A stretch of 64,000 nucleotides of DNA, taken from Geosiphon pyriformis uo1 (lineage: Eukaryota; Fungi; Glomeromycota). The notes beneath the pieces were generated by a model that had not been told where the DNA came from, ran no database searches, and saw only the letters and a program-made list of their open reading frames with translations. The position numbers and the translations under genes are program-made. Location of the stretch: contig JAAOMT010000328.1 in the NCBI GenBank assembly GCA_016748015.1, positions 388,955-452,954 of the forward strand, given 5' to 3'. Shown here in pieces: positions 23,965 through 36,956 of the stretch (position 1 is the stretch's first letter; every line of letters begins with the position of its first letter).

Positions 23965-26900
23965 GTAGTATTCATGGAATTGTTTAGGATTCATTATGTC
24001 AAGGACAATATCAGAATTTGGGACCCAAATAATCTCTTCTAGTTTTGGTGAGTTGTTTTTAATAAATTTAATTTTCTCTTATATTACACCTTCAATTTTG
24101 ATAATTGCCATTCACCATATTTCATCATTGTCATGTGAACAACCATTCAGACATTTTACAGCTTTTTTCTAGGCAGTGTATCTGGGCATTCCTTTCCTCA
24201 CCCAATTGCTGATCAAAATTGTGTATTTTTTTTTTGTTAACATGTAGTCATGCCAGTTGTTTATTAGTTATGTCTACTGTAAAGTAGCACTTTTATAAAG
24301 CCAGCTTATCCAATAATACAAAATCACAAGATGTGGCTAACCACAAGCAGAAAGCCCTAACTACACGTTAGTACTATATTTGCTACCAAATGTATTGAAC
24401 ATATCAAACTCATACATCTTATCCATAATGCTAACAAGCTCATGACTATTCTTAACCATACCACTCATCCACTTAGCAGTCTGATCAGGATTGGATTTGA
24501 TACTAGGGGGCTGACCCTCCCATAGTTGCATCATCACATCAAAGGTGTCATCATAGACTGAAAAGTCTTTATCCTTATCATTATCATCATCCATATCATC
24601 ATCATCAGATAGATCTTCCAAGGAGATCTGATCACACTTTTTTGTTAGGGACTTAACATCTCTATTCAACATAGAAGCCACAGCAGCCACAGTTTTAACT
24701 TGTCTTTCCAAACCAACCACACTTTCCCTCAATGTCATGTCCACAGCTGGTGGAGTAGACAGCAGTTTGGTAACCAACACAACCAGAGAACCAACAGGTT
24801 CAATTATAGACTTAACCAACAATGCCAACTTATTGAAATGGGATTCCATAGAAGCCAATCTGGATTCAACAACAGCAATTGGAACAGGAGAGACAACAGG
24901 AACCATGGGTACTACAACTTTGGAGGGTGCACCAAGAACAGGATCTATACCAGCAGTAGTAGCAGCAGGAAGAACCACAAAGGCAACAGCTTTGGCATAA
25001 AACTTAGCTCTAGCAAATGAAGACTTGAAAACTTTGGGACCACCAGTGGAGTTGGGGAGGGAGAGGTGGTGACATCTTGCAGTCCACAGCCAAATGATTC
25101 AAATCTTGACACCTGTAGCAGTGATGGTATCTAGGAGTTTCCCACCAGATATAGCAATCATGCAAAGTACCAGTTTTTGACACAGTATTGTTCAAGGATT
25201 CCAGAGAATCAAAGATAACCATAGCAAAGCATTGATGTCAGTATGAATCAGGAGATTGAGGAATGAAACAGATTCGGCCACCAACTTGGGAGACCAAATT
25301 ACTAATCTCAAAGGCAGTATAACCAAAGAGAAGATTAACCAACTTAGCTTTAAATGCATCACTTGAAGCAATAATCTCTTTTTGGTTAATTACAAGAAGA
25401 ATTCTGACACTATCTTTTTTGACCAGCACAGACCAGTGCTTAAGAGCCTCAGCAGCAGAAAAAATGTCTTTGAGTGAACCACAGTGTATTGCCACAAACC
25501 AGCTGGCTTCAACTTAATTGAAGTGACAACACCAAAAATGCCAAGAGCAGCTTTAATGTCATCAGAAAAGATACCCAGAGAACATTGTGAAGTGCAACAG
25601 ACAGAGGAGGGGAAGATACAGAAGCCACACACAATCTTAAGAGTGGTCAAAAAAACTTCATCACTAATGGCCACTTTGATGGCACCATTTAGACTCTTCT
25701 GAAATGCAAATTCTACACAGAACAACTTGACAGCATCTTATAAAACTGACTTAAGCCCAATACAACTAGGCAGCAGCCAAAACAAGGAACTAAGCAGGGC
25801 CATTTTGATCTTAAATGTACTACCAGATACAAGATTGGAGGCCACCCAACCAGAGAATTTTTGACGCCCATTTACATTTTCCCAAGCACCACCATCAGCA
25901 GTGCCAGAAACTGGGGGAGGAGCAGTTGATTCCATTTCCATCTGATCAGCCCAATCTTTAAGATCATCTGGAATGATACTGTTTTGCTTCTATAACAGAT
26001 AATGATCTGCCAGAGAGTACCACATCAGGCAATACAGCCTGTGGTTGATCTTTTCTTATCTTGTGAGATGTGTTGTTGCTGTTACCATCTATATCAGGAA
26101 GAGGGCTGACTGCTGCTGTGGAGATCTTTTCCAAGATCTCATCTGGAACCACAAAGGGGTTCAGTGTCACCATAGCAGTTGTGACTGCCTGCTGCTGTTT
26201 TTTGGAATTTTTTGCTTTCATGGCCATTTGTAAAGCAGTAGTAGTAGTAGAAGTAATGGTAGTGGTAAGAGCAGAAAAGACCAACTTGTTGACTGGTCTG
26301 TTATTAAAAATTTTTGGGCTTTTTGAAGTGATAGAAACAACACTGGAACTAATCCAAGTGTGCCTTTTTGAAGGAACTTTGACTGGAGAAGAACTTCTAG
26401 CCAAAGGAAAAGAAAATGAACCAGACACTGCTAAAAGCAGCTTTTCACTAGTGTTTTTTAAAGAAAATGTAGCCGGAATGTTTTGTCTAGTTGCTTCAAT
26501 AACAGAGAAACCCTTTCATGTTGAAACTTTATTAGTTACAATAGGAAAAGTAACATTTGCAACTTTTTTATTCTTAGCTCTTGTCATGGTCATAAAATTT
26601 AAGAGAGAAAGAATTTTATCCTAATTTTTTAATGTCAATTATCAGAATTGTGTATTAACATGACTTGTTACACATTCCTCTCTGACCAAAAATGTTGTTC
26701 CATATTCCTTTGTCTAGAAAAGTTTCCCCACAAGCAAGACATAGTTTGTTGTTCCATTTTTCTTGTTTTTTTGTTCATTCAAAGCATTCAAAGATACATG
26801 AGTGGCAGTAGTATCTTGTGGCCATTGGCCATTTTTTATTGTTACTACAACATGCACCCATTGTTGACAATTTCTTGCCACAATTGATGCAAATTAGCTT

Positions 26901-27498
26901 GGATTGACAATAGTTTGTCTGTGGTTAAGTGGTAGTGGTATATGGTGTATATGTAGAGGTGGTTGTTTAAGATTTTTTTTCTTTATTTTCTTTTCTTTTT
27001 CCTTTTTCTTCTCATACAGATACTGGTGGTAAATTGTTGTGGTCAGTGTCAGCCCATGAGACTTGGTAGGCTTCTCAGATAAGTTTCCTTTCTTCTTCTT
27101 CCAATTCTATTAGTGGTGCTGGTGTGTTGGGTTTGAAGTGTCTGCAAGTTGTCAGTACTTGCATATGCTGACTGTTCTGACTGAGCTAGAGCTCCTGCAT
27201 GGTCTAATCAAGTACTGTATTGGTTTTGGATAGCCAGTCATTATCAACTAGTGTTTGGTATTAGGTGGCTTCTATCATGAGAACTTTTATGGGTGTGACA
27301 ATACCATTAACTTTAAACAGGAAGTCATCAATCTTGCCAATAAGAATTTTAGTTGCTTCATCAGCTGTTTAAAATTAATTTGATAAACTGACTATCAACT
27401 TTGGCATCTGTATACATTGCAGTAATGGGTTTTGATTCGAGGGTGGCTTTACTGAATAGCAGCATTTTGACTGGTTCCTTTAGTTTGAAAGGGAAGAT
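23965..27498 (-). mobile_element. Fragment of a second, older LTR-retrotransposon family (protease and Cys-rich post-protease region), split by HAL-like copy 3
   Basis: Minus-strand translation of ~27150-27470 gives PITAMYTDAKVD..IKLILNS, IGKIDDFLFKVNG, LVDNDWL (retropepsin-like). It continues from the gag at 38917-39933 across the LINE-C TSD. Confidence 0.7.
24228..26640 (-). mobile_element. ORF1-only (HAL1-like) retroelement, copy 3 (ORF ~26593-24361, disrupted)
   Basis: TSD atcaaaattgtgtatt (24212-24227) / atcagaattgtgtatt (26641-26656); poly(T) at the left end. Confidence 0.9.
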
Positions 27499-27607
27499 TT
27501 TTTTTTTGTTAACATGTAGCCATGCTCAAAAAGCACAGCTTTTTCATAAAGCCAACTCACCCAATAATCTAAGTTACAAGATGTGGCTAATAACAAAGTG
27601 GCTATGC

Positions 27608-29362
27608 CTAACTACACACATTACTTAAAGTAATTCTACTACCCAAAACATCAGTCAATATCTTATTACAATGTTGGAATCCATCTCTCATTTTAATATT
27701 GGAGTTACCACTACTGTTACTACCATTTCTAGACAATTGGCATATACTGGTCACCTGTAATGGGTTTTTCTTAAATCTGTTATCAACACTCATTATTTTT
27801 TCCCATTCAGTTTGTAACTTACAACATTCTCTCCATAGTCTATTCCTCGCTTGAGTTACAGCCCATTTACACACCTTAATTAAGATATTATCATTAGCCC
27901 TCTGATCAATGTCAGCAAAAGCATTGATTCTTTCAAATTGCTCATTGATCAGTTTTTTGCATAGCAGATCTATGTTGTGTGTTGTCCTGATGTACTTATT
28001 AGACAGAACAACCCTCTCACTAGGGTCCAAGATTTTATGTTTCCCTCTTACAGCCTTTGATAAGCACCACATCCACTCATTCCTTACATCATCTATTAGT
28101 GTCTTGCCCTTTTGAGTATTTAGAGAGCATACCCAAAAGTGTTGGTTGGTTTCAACTTCTGTATGGCATATTTTGCACAGATTGTTTATATACACTAAAA
28201 GATGTCTGTTGTATAGCACCTCTGCTGTTGACAACATGTTGTGGAATGATTTCATAATAAATGTATGCATTGCTGAAGAACCAGCTAAGGTGAAGCCTGA
28301 TGACATTTTACCATCCCAGTTCCACACTTTGGTTGTGCTCTTCCAGTCTACTCTCTGGTCTAAGGACCCTACTGTTTCTTGTACTTTGTCATTGCCAATC
28401 CAATCCAAGGCTCCTTGAATACCAGTCTGTTGGCTCAGAAAATGTCTGATATTCAGATCCAATTCAACTTCTCTGCAAGATGGAATGTAACTGATGTTCT
28501 CAGCATTGTAAGCCCAATCCACTGTGTCAAAAATAGTAGCTTCTTTGGCTAGTTTGTCAGCCATCTCATTTTCAGATATACCAGTGTGTGCAGCCACTTT
28601 GTTTATGATAAGATCAATTCTTTTTTCTCTTATCACTGCTTTAATTACATTCCATGTGCACCAGTTAGGAGTTTTGAGCTGGTTTCTGATAGACAAGGGA
28701 GAATTTTTGGACAACCATTTTTGAGCTGTTGACACTACTGCCTGACTATCTGTGTTCAATGTCAGTTTGCATTTGTAAAGCACTGCTTCCAAAGCCAATA
28801 ATACAGCTTTTGCTTCAGTTTTTGTTGATGATAATGTTTCATTAACAGCTATACCAAAGTTGGCCTCTATTCCATGTGTAACAAAAGCAGCTGCTCCCCT
28901 AGCATCCTCAGAATCAGCTTTTACCAGTGATCCATTCATTGATATTTCTATTTTCTTTCTGAGCCTCAACTTATCTCGTACATTCCTCCATTGTGGTAAT
29001 AGAGCATTAGAAATTTGGATGTAAATAAAGTCTCTTTGTATTGTATCTAGGTCATCTGGTATCTGGTAATCTATTTTGTGCATCCCCACTGTTTCACATT
29101 GGGCTACATTAATGTTCCTGTGCTCATCCATAATGATTGTGGACTCTAAAATCTTAAACCATTTGGGAATTCTACCACTGTTGCTTTGTCTGTACTTCCT
29201 TGTGAAGTCCATCCATGTCATTAATGATCCATCCTTGCTCTGAACCTGATGTAAATACAAAATGTTCTCTTTCCTTAGTAAACTTCTAACTTTAGAGTAG
29301 GCTACTCCTGGAGTTATGACTGTCTCAATTAAATATGCATGTGGTCTTGAGGAATCAGACAC
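27608..29362 (-). CDS. LINE-C ORF2 C-terminal part (RNase H and Cys/His motif), 584-aa open fragment
   Basis: ISMNGS, STKTEAKAVLLAL, TDSQAV, VAAHTGISENEMADKLAK, CKICHTEVETNQHFWVC. Confidence 0.88.
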   Translation of the reverse strand: MSDSSRPHAYLIETVITPGVAYSKVRSLLRKENILYLHQVQSKDGSLMTWMDFTRKYRQSNSGRIPKWFKILESTIIMDEHRNINVAQCETVGMHKIDYQIPDDLDTIQRDFIYIQISNALLPQWRNVRDKLRLRKKIEISMNGSLVKADSEDARGAAAFVTHGIEANFGIAVNETLSSTKTEAKAVLLALEAVLYKCKLTLNTDSQAVVSTAQKWLSKNSPLSIRNQLKTPNWCTWNVIKAVIREKRIDLIINKVAAHTGISENEMADKLAKEATIFDTVDWAYNAENISYIPSCREVELDLNIRHFLSQQTGIQGALDWIGNDKVQETVGSLDQRVDWKSTTKVWNWDGKMSSGFTLAGSSAMHTFIMKSFHNMLSTAEVLYNRHLLVYINNLCKICHTEVETNQHFWVCSLNTQKGKTLIDDVRNEWMWCLSKAVRGKHKILDPSERVVLSNKYIRTTHNIDLLCKKLINEQFERINAFADIDQRANDNILIKVCKWAVTQARNRLWRECCKLQTEWEKIMSVDNRFKKNPLQVTSICQLSRNGSNSSGNSNIKMRDGFQHCNKILTDVLGSRITLSNVCS

Positions 29363-29622
29363 CCCATATGTGTTACCAGAGCTTTTGAATGAAATGCCTC
29401 TTTCATCTATTATCTGTATGATGTTTGCTATTAGATTAACTCCTGGCTTAGATTGTTTATTAGTGGGATATTCAAGTATATATATTTTTTTTTGTTAACG
29501 TGTAGCCATGCTGGTTTTTTATTAGTTTAGCCACACTTACAAAGCATGACCTTTTCATAAAGCCAACTCACTCAATAATCTAAATTACAAGATGCAGTTA
29601 ACCACTAAGTGGTTATGCCTAA

Positions 29623-32600
29623 CTACACGCTAGTATAACCAAATCTATGGGGTATTACACTATCACACATAGTACTCCTACCACAAAAAACATCAGTCAG
29701 TATACCATTACACTGTGTAAAAACATTACCTACTTTGACTATGGGTTTACCACTAACTTTACCACTATTCCTTGAAATGCTATCTACACTGGAGCCACCA
29801 GTTGGATTTCTCTTGACCCTATTATCAATACTCATTGTTTTTTCCCATTTAGTTTGCAGTTTGCAATGTTCTCCCCACAATCTATTCCTTGCTTGAGTAA
29901 CTGCCCATTTACACACCTTAATTAATACTTTATTGTTAGTCCTTAGGTCGATGTCAGAAAAGGTATTGATCCTTCCAAATTGCTTATTGACCAGTCCTTT
30001 ACATAGCAGATCTACATTAGATGTTGACATGATGTATTCCTTAGACAGTTCAATCTTCTCATCAGTGTTTTGGTCTTTACATCCCCCTCTCACAGCCTCT
30101 GAAAGGCACTGTATCCACTTATTTTTTACATCATCAATCAGTGTCTTGCCCTTTTGGATATTCAAAGAGCATTCCCAAAAGTGCCACTTCCTTGTGACAT
30201 GTCTTGCAAATATTATTCAAGTATACATGGGGACATCTGTTGTATAGCACCTCTGCTGTTGGCAGCATGTTGTGAAATGATTTCATAATAAATGTGCGCA
30301 TTGCTGAAGAATTGGCTGAGGTGAAACCTGATGACATTTTACCATCCCAGTTCCAAATCTTGGTTGTACATATCCAGTCTATATTTTGGTCTAAAGATCT
30401 TATCATTTCTTGGACTTTGTTGTTGCCTATCCAGTCTAAAGCTGATTGAAGACTAGCCTGTTTGTTCAAAAAATGCCTGATGTTTAGATCCAATTCAACT
30501 CCTCCACAAACGGGAATGTATGCAGTCTCCTTAGCATTGTAGGCCCACCTTATTGTATTAAGAGCAGTAGATCCTTTGGCCAGTTTGTCAGCCTTCTCAT
30601 TTTCGAATATACCAGCATGTACAGCCACTTTGTTCATGCTGAGGTCAATCTTTTTTTCCTTTATTATCGCTCTGATTGCATTCCATGTGTGCCAGTTTGA
30701 GGTTTTGAGCTGATTTCTAATAGACAGGGGAGAATCTTTGGACAACCATCTTTGAGCCATTACCATCACCGCTTGACTATTCGTGTTTATTGTTAGTTTA
30801 CATTTGTAAGGCACTGCTTCCAAAGCTAGCAATACAGCCTTTGCCTCTGCTTTTGTTGATAACAATGTTCCATCAATTGCTATACCAAATTCAGCCTCTA
30901 TCCCATGTGTTATGAAGGCAGCTGCTTCTCTTGCTTCCTCAGAACTAGCCTTTACCAGTGAGCCATCTGTTGATATTTTTATCTCTTTCCTGAGTTTTAA
31001 CTTCTCTTGTACACTCCTCCATTGTGATAGTAAAGTGTCAGGGATATATATGTAAATAGTGTCTCTTTGCATTGTTTCTAAATCATCTGGTATTTGGTTA
31101 GTCAGTATGTGCATACCCAATGTCTCACATTGTGCTACATCAATGTTCCTGTACTCATCCATAATGATTGTAGATTCTAAAATCTTAAACCATCTGGGAA
31201 TTCTACCACTATCGCTTTGTCTGTACTTCCTTGTGAAGTCCATCCATGTCATTAATGACTCATCATTGTTTTATATCTGATACAAGTACAACAAGTTTTC
31301 CTTTCTTAGTAAGCTTCTAACTTTAATGTAGGTTTTATTTGAAGGTAAGATAGACTTAATTAAATACGTCTGTGGCCTTGAAGATTCAGGTATTCCATGT
31401 GTGTTACCATTGCTCTTGAATGAGATGTCTTTTTTTTCCATCATCTGTATAATGTCTGCTATAAGATTAACCCCTGGCTTGGATCGTTCATTGGTGGGAT
31501 ATTCAAGTATACTATGAGCTGACCATCTCTGTGCCTGCAAGTTGGCTAGTCTGATTTTTGTAGCCATTCCAGCAATATCAGCACTGTTCAATCTAACTAA
31601 CAAATCTGTGATCTTGCTTTTTGCTTGTATATCATCAATTTTGAACAGATTATACAAGGATGAGTGATGCATGGCACTGGCTGGGAAGTCTACTGAGAGT
31701 TTTGCTTTTTTCTTCACAGTGGCCAAAATCTTTGAAGTTCATTTTCTAGCCCAGCTATTAGGAATATGAGTCAACTGAGATCTGAATTCAATAGCTGGAC
31801 TGAGTACACTGTTAAAAATGTAAATGGCCTGTTTCTCAGTTATGTGTTTTTTCCTGATGACTGCACACACTGCTTTAATGTCAGATCCTATCATTTTTAG
31901 GACAGTCTCATTTTTCCCATCTGCTCTGATCCATACTCCCATATATCAGATACATGTAGATGGATTCAACAATTTCAAGATTTGTTTGTCTGGACCAAAT
32001 TTTAGTGGCTCCATTATCGAAGATCTCCCTTTGGAGGGTCTGACCACCATTGTCTCAGTCTTTCCTAAGTTGATCTCAATATCTACCATTCTAAAAAAGG
32101 AGCTGGCTGTGTCCAGAATACTTTGCATTCCTTGTCTTGAGTTAGCTATCCACACTGTGTCATTGACAAAGGCAAGGTGATTCACTGACACCAACAGAGA
32201 TTGTGTATCTGCTTGATTATCCCACTTTTTCCATGCTGCTGTCAGTTTGTATTCCTGACTATAATTGGCTTGTTTTACTTCACACAGTAAGGGGTCATAA
32301 AAAATTCTCCACATAATGGGTGAGCTTGTTTTCCCCTGATCCAGTCCATCCTGTACTTGATATTCATCACTCAACCCAAATTCAGTTATTATTCTGTTGC
32401 TCCTATTGTTGTGCATCAAGCCAAACAGCTCAGTAAACTTATTGTTCATCTTAATCCTCTTTAGTGCAGTTTCCATGGGTTTCCATCCCACTGAATCATA
32501 TGCCTTTTTCATGTCCTGAAATGTAAACCAAGCCTCCTTATCAAATTCTCTTGCATGTTCAGCTACAGCATTAATCACATGAATAGGCACTGCTGTGGAA

Positions 32601-34546
32601 GTATTCTTTAATACTGAGGTATTGAAACCTTTTAGGACATTGTGGAGTTCACATGCTTTTGATATTCTCACAGTTAGAATCTTTGTTAAGATTTTTCTGG
32701 TGCTTTCAATGAGTGTGATCAGCCTGGTGATGTCAATATTGCCACCCCATTCTTTTGGCTTTGGAATCAGTATGACTTGTGGTACTCTCCACTCCTCAGG
32801 CATGTTTGCTGCTTTAATGCAAGCATTGAGCAATGTTTTTAGTTTAGACTTGGTATTAGACCCAGCCTTCCTCCAGAGTTCAGCTTGAATGCCTGATGGA
32901 CCAGGGGCTTTGTTATGGGGTGTGTGGCTCAATATGTGTTCGAATTCCTCATTTGTTAATTCATCCATCACACCATCAAAGGCATGGTCTGGAATGCTTT
33001 CGATCGGTTCAAATCTGTGTTCCCAACTTTTTCATAGGTCAGGCTCAATGCTTCTTGTTCTGGTCCATCCTTGGGCTTTTTTGTTTGCTAGCTTTTTAAT
33101 TTCATCAGGATCATCATGAAATTCACCTTTTTCAATTACATGATCTAGTACAATTCTTTGTCTTTTTCTGTTCATAATGCTTTTGATCATAGCTCCTTTG
33201 TTTAGATCAAAGTTTTATTGTCTCCTAATGATATTGTCCACTATCTGTCTCTGCTGTTGTAGCCTGATCCTAGCTCGCAGCATTGATCTGTATTCTTTCT
33301 TAATATTGAGTAGTTTCACAATTAGCTTATTTTTTGGGAGAGTCATCAGATATGCATTAACTGCCTCAGGTTTCAGCTGTTTTCATTTGGCCAACAACTG
33401 CATAATATTGTTATCATGCATATCTGCATTGTTTACTCTTATTTGTTTGATTATATCAGCAACAATCTTAACAAGCTTGTGATCTATGCATTTTTTCTTT
33501 GTGTGTGCAGATTGGGCTTCCACTTTCCTTTTTGGTAGGCACTTAGCAGCTTGTAACACAGTCTCCTTGATTGTAAGCCACATCTGGTTTAGATCATCCT
33601 TACTGTTATCTATTGATTTTCTTTGTGCTTCATCTGTTAGTCGATCAGTTTCTCTAGCATAGATTTCCCATTGGACTCCAGATGCCTTTTTAACATCAAT
33701 TATAGTTGTGCTACACTTCTTTCTTCCAGATCTAGATTTTTTAGTGCCTGCCAATATTCTGTCAGATCGGATGATTGTCACCACAGCTTTGTGATCAGTG
33801 CTAAAGGATTCATTAACATCAATTACCCCAATGTTTGTGACCAGTGAGGCTATAACTGCATCAGTAAATACATAATCCAATCTTCTTTGTACCCCATTTG
33901 ATGCCCATGTCTTTTCTGGATTGTTTGTTGTATATGCTCTATGTGTATCCACTAAATTCATATGTTGTAATGTTGTAGCAGTTGGACAAGCTTTGGCCTT
34001 ATTTGTAGCATATGTTTCCTCAAGTGACTTGGATAACAGATCTTCATTCAAATCACCTGCTACTATGATAATCTCTTTGTTCTGTACAATGTCTTCCAAA
34101 AGTTTCCTGATTTCTTTAGCTACTGCTTTCTCAGTAGGCGATTTGGAAGCAGGCATGTACAGTCCTACTATGTGCACATTGATTCTTCCTCTAAATTTCA
34201 ACCCCAAATGCAACAATCTCCCATGAAACCCCCTGATTGTTTCTACATGGTGTATCCAACATTTTTTGACCAGTATACCAACACCAGTTCCCATTTGTTT
34301 CTCTGTACTTGATTCCCAAAAGGCATGATATTCATCAGAACCAAAAAATACACCCTTTTCTTTTGTTGGAATCATTTTAGTTTCCATAACAATCACAAAA
34401 TCAAATTGTTCCTCAATAACCCACTGTAGCACCTCTTCAGCTTTACCATGATTATTAAGTCCCCTAATATTAACAGTACCAATTTTCCAAGTGTTGTTAT
34501 TGGAGTAGTTCTGTTCTATGTTGGAATTAGGTGTGCTACACATCAT
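29623..34546 (-). pseudogene. LINE-D ORF2 (AP endonuclease, RT, RNase H), a few stops and frameshifts
   Basis: GTVNIRGL, GDLN, RLDYVF, TDHKAV, KAPGPSGI, DMKKAYDSV, GLDQG, ISTDGS. Confidence 0.95.
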
Positions 34547-36729
34547 CTATTTCCATAGATTTAGATTTTCCAGCCATAGAACTGCTCCAGCTACTCTGTT
34601 TTTTCACTTGCTTCAGTAACTCCAGAATGGGTTCCAAAGTTTTTTTAATTTCTTTGATTTCCAATTCTGGGTTGTATGCCTCCTTTTTTCCTGCTGGGGT
34701 AGATTTCAATATAGTACTTTGGCTTGGTAACCCCATTTCTACCACTTCTTTTTCTTCTGAGGTGTCACTCAGCTGTTGAATGACTATTACTTTTTCACCT
34801 TTTTCTAATGTCACTCCAAGTTTGGCAGCAACTGCATTCAGCAGTTTTGCCATTTCATTAACCTGCTGTCTTAGTTTATCAATTTCACTTTTCCATGGTT
34901 GGTTACCTCCTTTTTTTGATTGTTCTTCTCTATTGTTCACTTGTGGACTAGGTTTCTGAGTATTGTTTGGATTGTTGTTGTTCTGGTTATGAGGCAGTCT
35001 GAGTGCAGCCATATCAGCATATGATCTTCCACCAAAGACTTTGATGTTTTCCTCTGGAACATTCCTTTTAACATACAGTTTTGCCAACCTGATATTGTTG
35101 GTAACTTTCTTGGTATCTCCTTCTTTTTTCTTATGCAGGGTTGGACATTTCGAGACCAAATGTCCTACCTGGTAACAGAAGTGGCACTTTTTAGCATCAG
35201 TAGGCACCCAGTGGACCAGTGTGTCACCAATTACCAAAGGTTTTTTAGTGGCATTGTTGCGGCTAGCTTCACTGTCAAATCCCACATAAGCACAGCCCAT
35301 TCTTGTGTAATTTTTACTAGTTCTTGGGATAAAGCAGGATTGGGCACTAATTTGATTCAAAGTGGTGCTCAAATAGTGAGCAGTACAGTTCTGTGGTAAC
35401 CCCACCAATTTAGCTTCCCAAGTTTTTCTCTGCTCTATGATCTTTTGGGTTCCAATCATCAGGTAAATTCTGACCGCATTCTTTCTGACCATGGTCGACC
35501 ATTGGTCTACAGCTCTTGTTGCTTCTTCTTGGTTGCTATACTCAACCACTGCTGATTGCTATTTGCCAGCCACTCTGATTTGGATTTTTTTTTACCTCAC
35601 CAAATTCTTTCATAGCAGCCTCCACCTCTCTGTCAAAGATGCCCAAGAGGATATCTCTTACTAGGACTTTTTTCTGACCAGCCATTTGGATGTTGATGCC
35701 ATCAGTAGCCATCAAAAATGATTCAATATCATTATTTGTCAGAATTTTTCTGGCTTGGTCTCTTCCAGCCACTTGGGAAAAATCCACTCTGATTTTTTGG
35801 TTTCTAGCCATTACAGCTCCCAAAAAGTAACTAACATCTCCCAAGAGATCATAGATCCACCCCACTTTCTTCCCCATGATTTTCTCAGATATATCCAATG
35901 CTTGTACAAAAAGTACATGCCTCTTGGTTCTATAGACCACCATTTGCCATCCTTCCTCCTTGTTTACTTCCACAGACATGAGTTTTTTGCCAAGCAATTT
36001 ACTACTGTTTTGTTCTGGACTTGAACTAGCCATTCTGCTTGATAGGCTTGATTCAGATTCTTCTATGTCTTCTGTGACATCCTCTGCATTAGGCTTATCT
36101 CTGTTTGCATTAAATGAATTGTCCATTTGTTTTTCATTCTCTAATGCAGACTTTCCTCTGTTAATCCTGTCCAAAATATCAGGATTGCACTTTCTCAGAG
36201 CTGCTTCTATTTGTGCAGCTCTGTTTCTGTCTTCTTTAGACACTTTGGATGGTCCATCCATTTTTTTCAGAGACTTTGAGGCTCCCTTTTCACCAGTCCA
36301 AGCTTTCATTTGAAATTTGTTGCTATTTCCTCTTTTGTTGAACATTGGCTGCAAAACAAAGGTATCAGTTCGAACAGATGTGGTTTCGGGTAAGTTTTCT
36401 TCAGATATTTGGATAAATTTTTCAGTTAGCCCTTTTACGCTTAATCCTCCAATGTGTCTGTATTTTTTGTTGGCCTTTTCCTCCAATCTGTTAGCTGTTA
36501 TCAAAGAAAAATCTGCTGCTCTCTTATGTGGAGCTGTTCTTTTCAATGTTTTGGCTATTCTAAAGAGTGTATCGTCTCCACTACTTGTGTTCACACTTCC
36601 AAATAGTCTATTGGTAGTTTCAAATCTAAATGGAGGTGTAATAGGTCTGGCAATTTCCACAGTCAATGAACTATGTGAATTAGTGTTGATGTCTTCTCCT
36701 TTAAAAGTGGAAGTTATTTTCCCTTCCAC
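34536..36729 (-). pseudogene. LINE-D ORF1 (RRM-like region, CCHC knuckle, coiled coil); frameshift near 35590, true start uncertain
   Basis: VLVRDILLG..KEFGEV, AKLVGLP, CHFCYQVGHLVSKC. Confidence 0.85.
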
Positions 36730-36956
36730 TTGGTATTCACTAACAATAGTCTCTACACTTGTACTTCTTTATGTGACTGTTGTTACTTCACTGTTGACAT
36801 TGTTATCAGACACTTTTAAGTCTGTTGTGATAGTAATAATAATTTATTATAATTAAAGGTTTCTTTGCAAAAACTTATTTTTCCAAATTTGAGGCATAGT
36901 AAATTGTGTGGTAACAGTTAAAGAGAGAAAAAAAAGTTTTTTATATTCAAGTATAC

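Larger units (their letters stand above)
29481..36942 (-). mobile_element. LINE-D, full length (~7.46 kb): 5' UTR, ORF1, ORF2, 3' UTR, poly(A)
   Basis: Perfect TSD atattcaagtata (29468-29480 / 36943-36955). Confidence 0.95.

Noticed and set aside
26648-26887. Short hydrophobic or Cys-rich plus-strand ORFs as host genes
   Set aside because: They are antisense to retroelement coding remnants, and no independent gene structure is visible.
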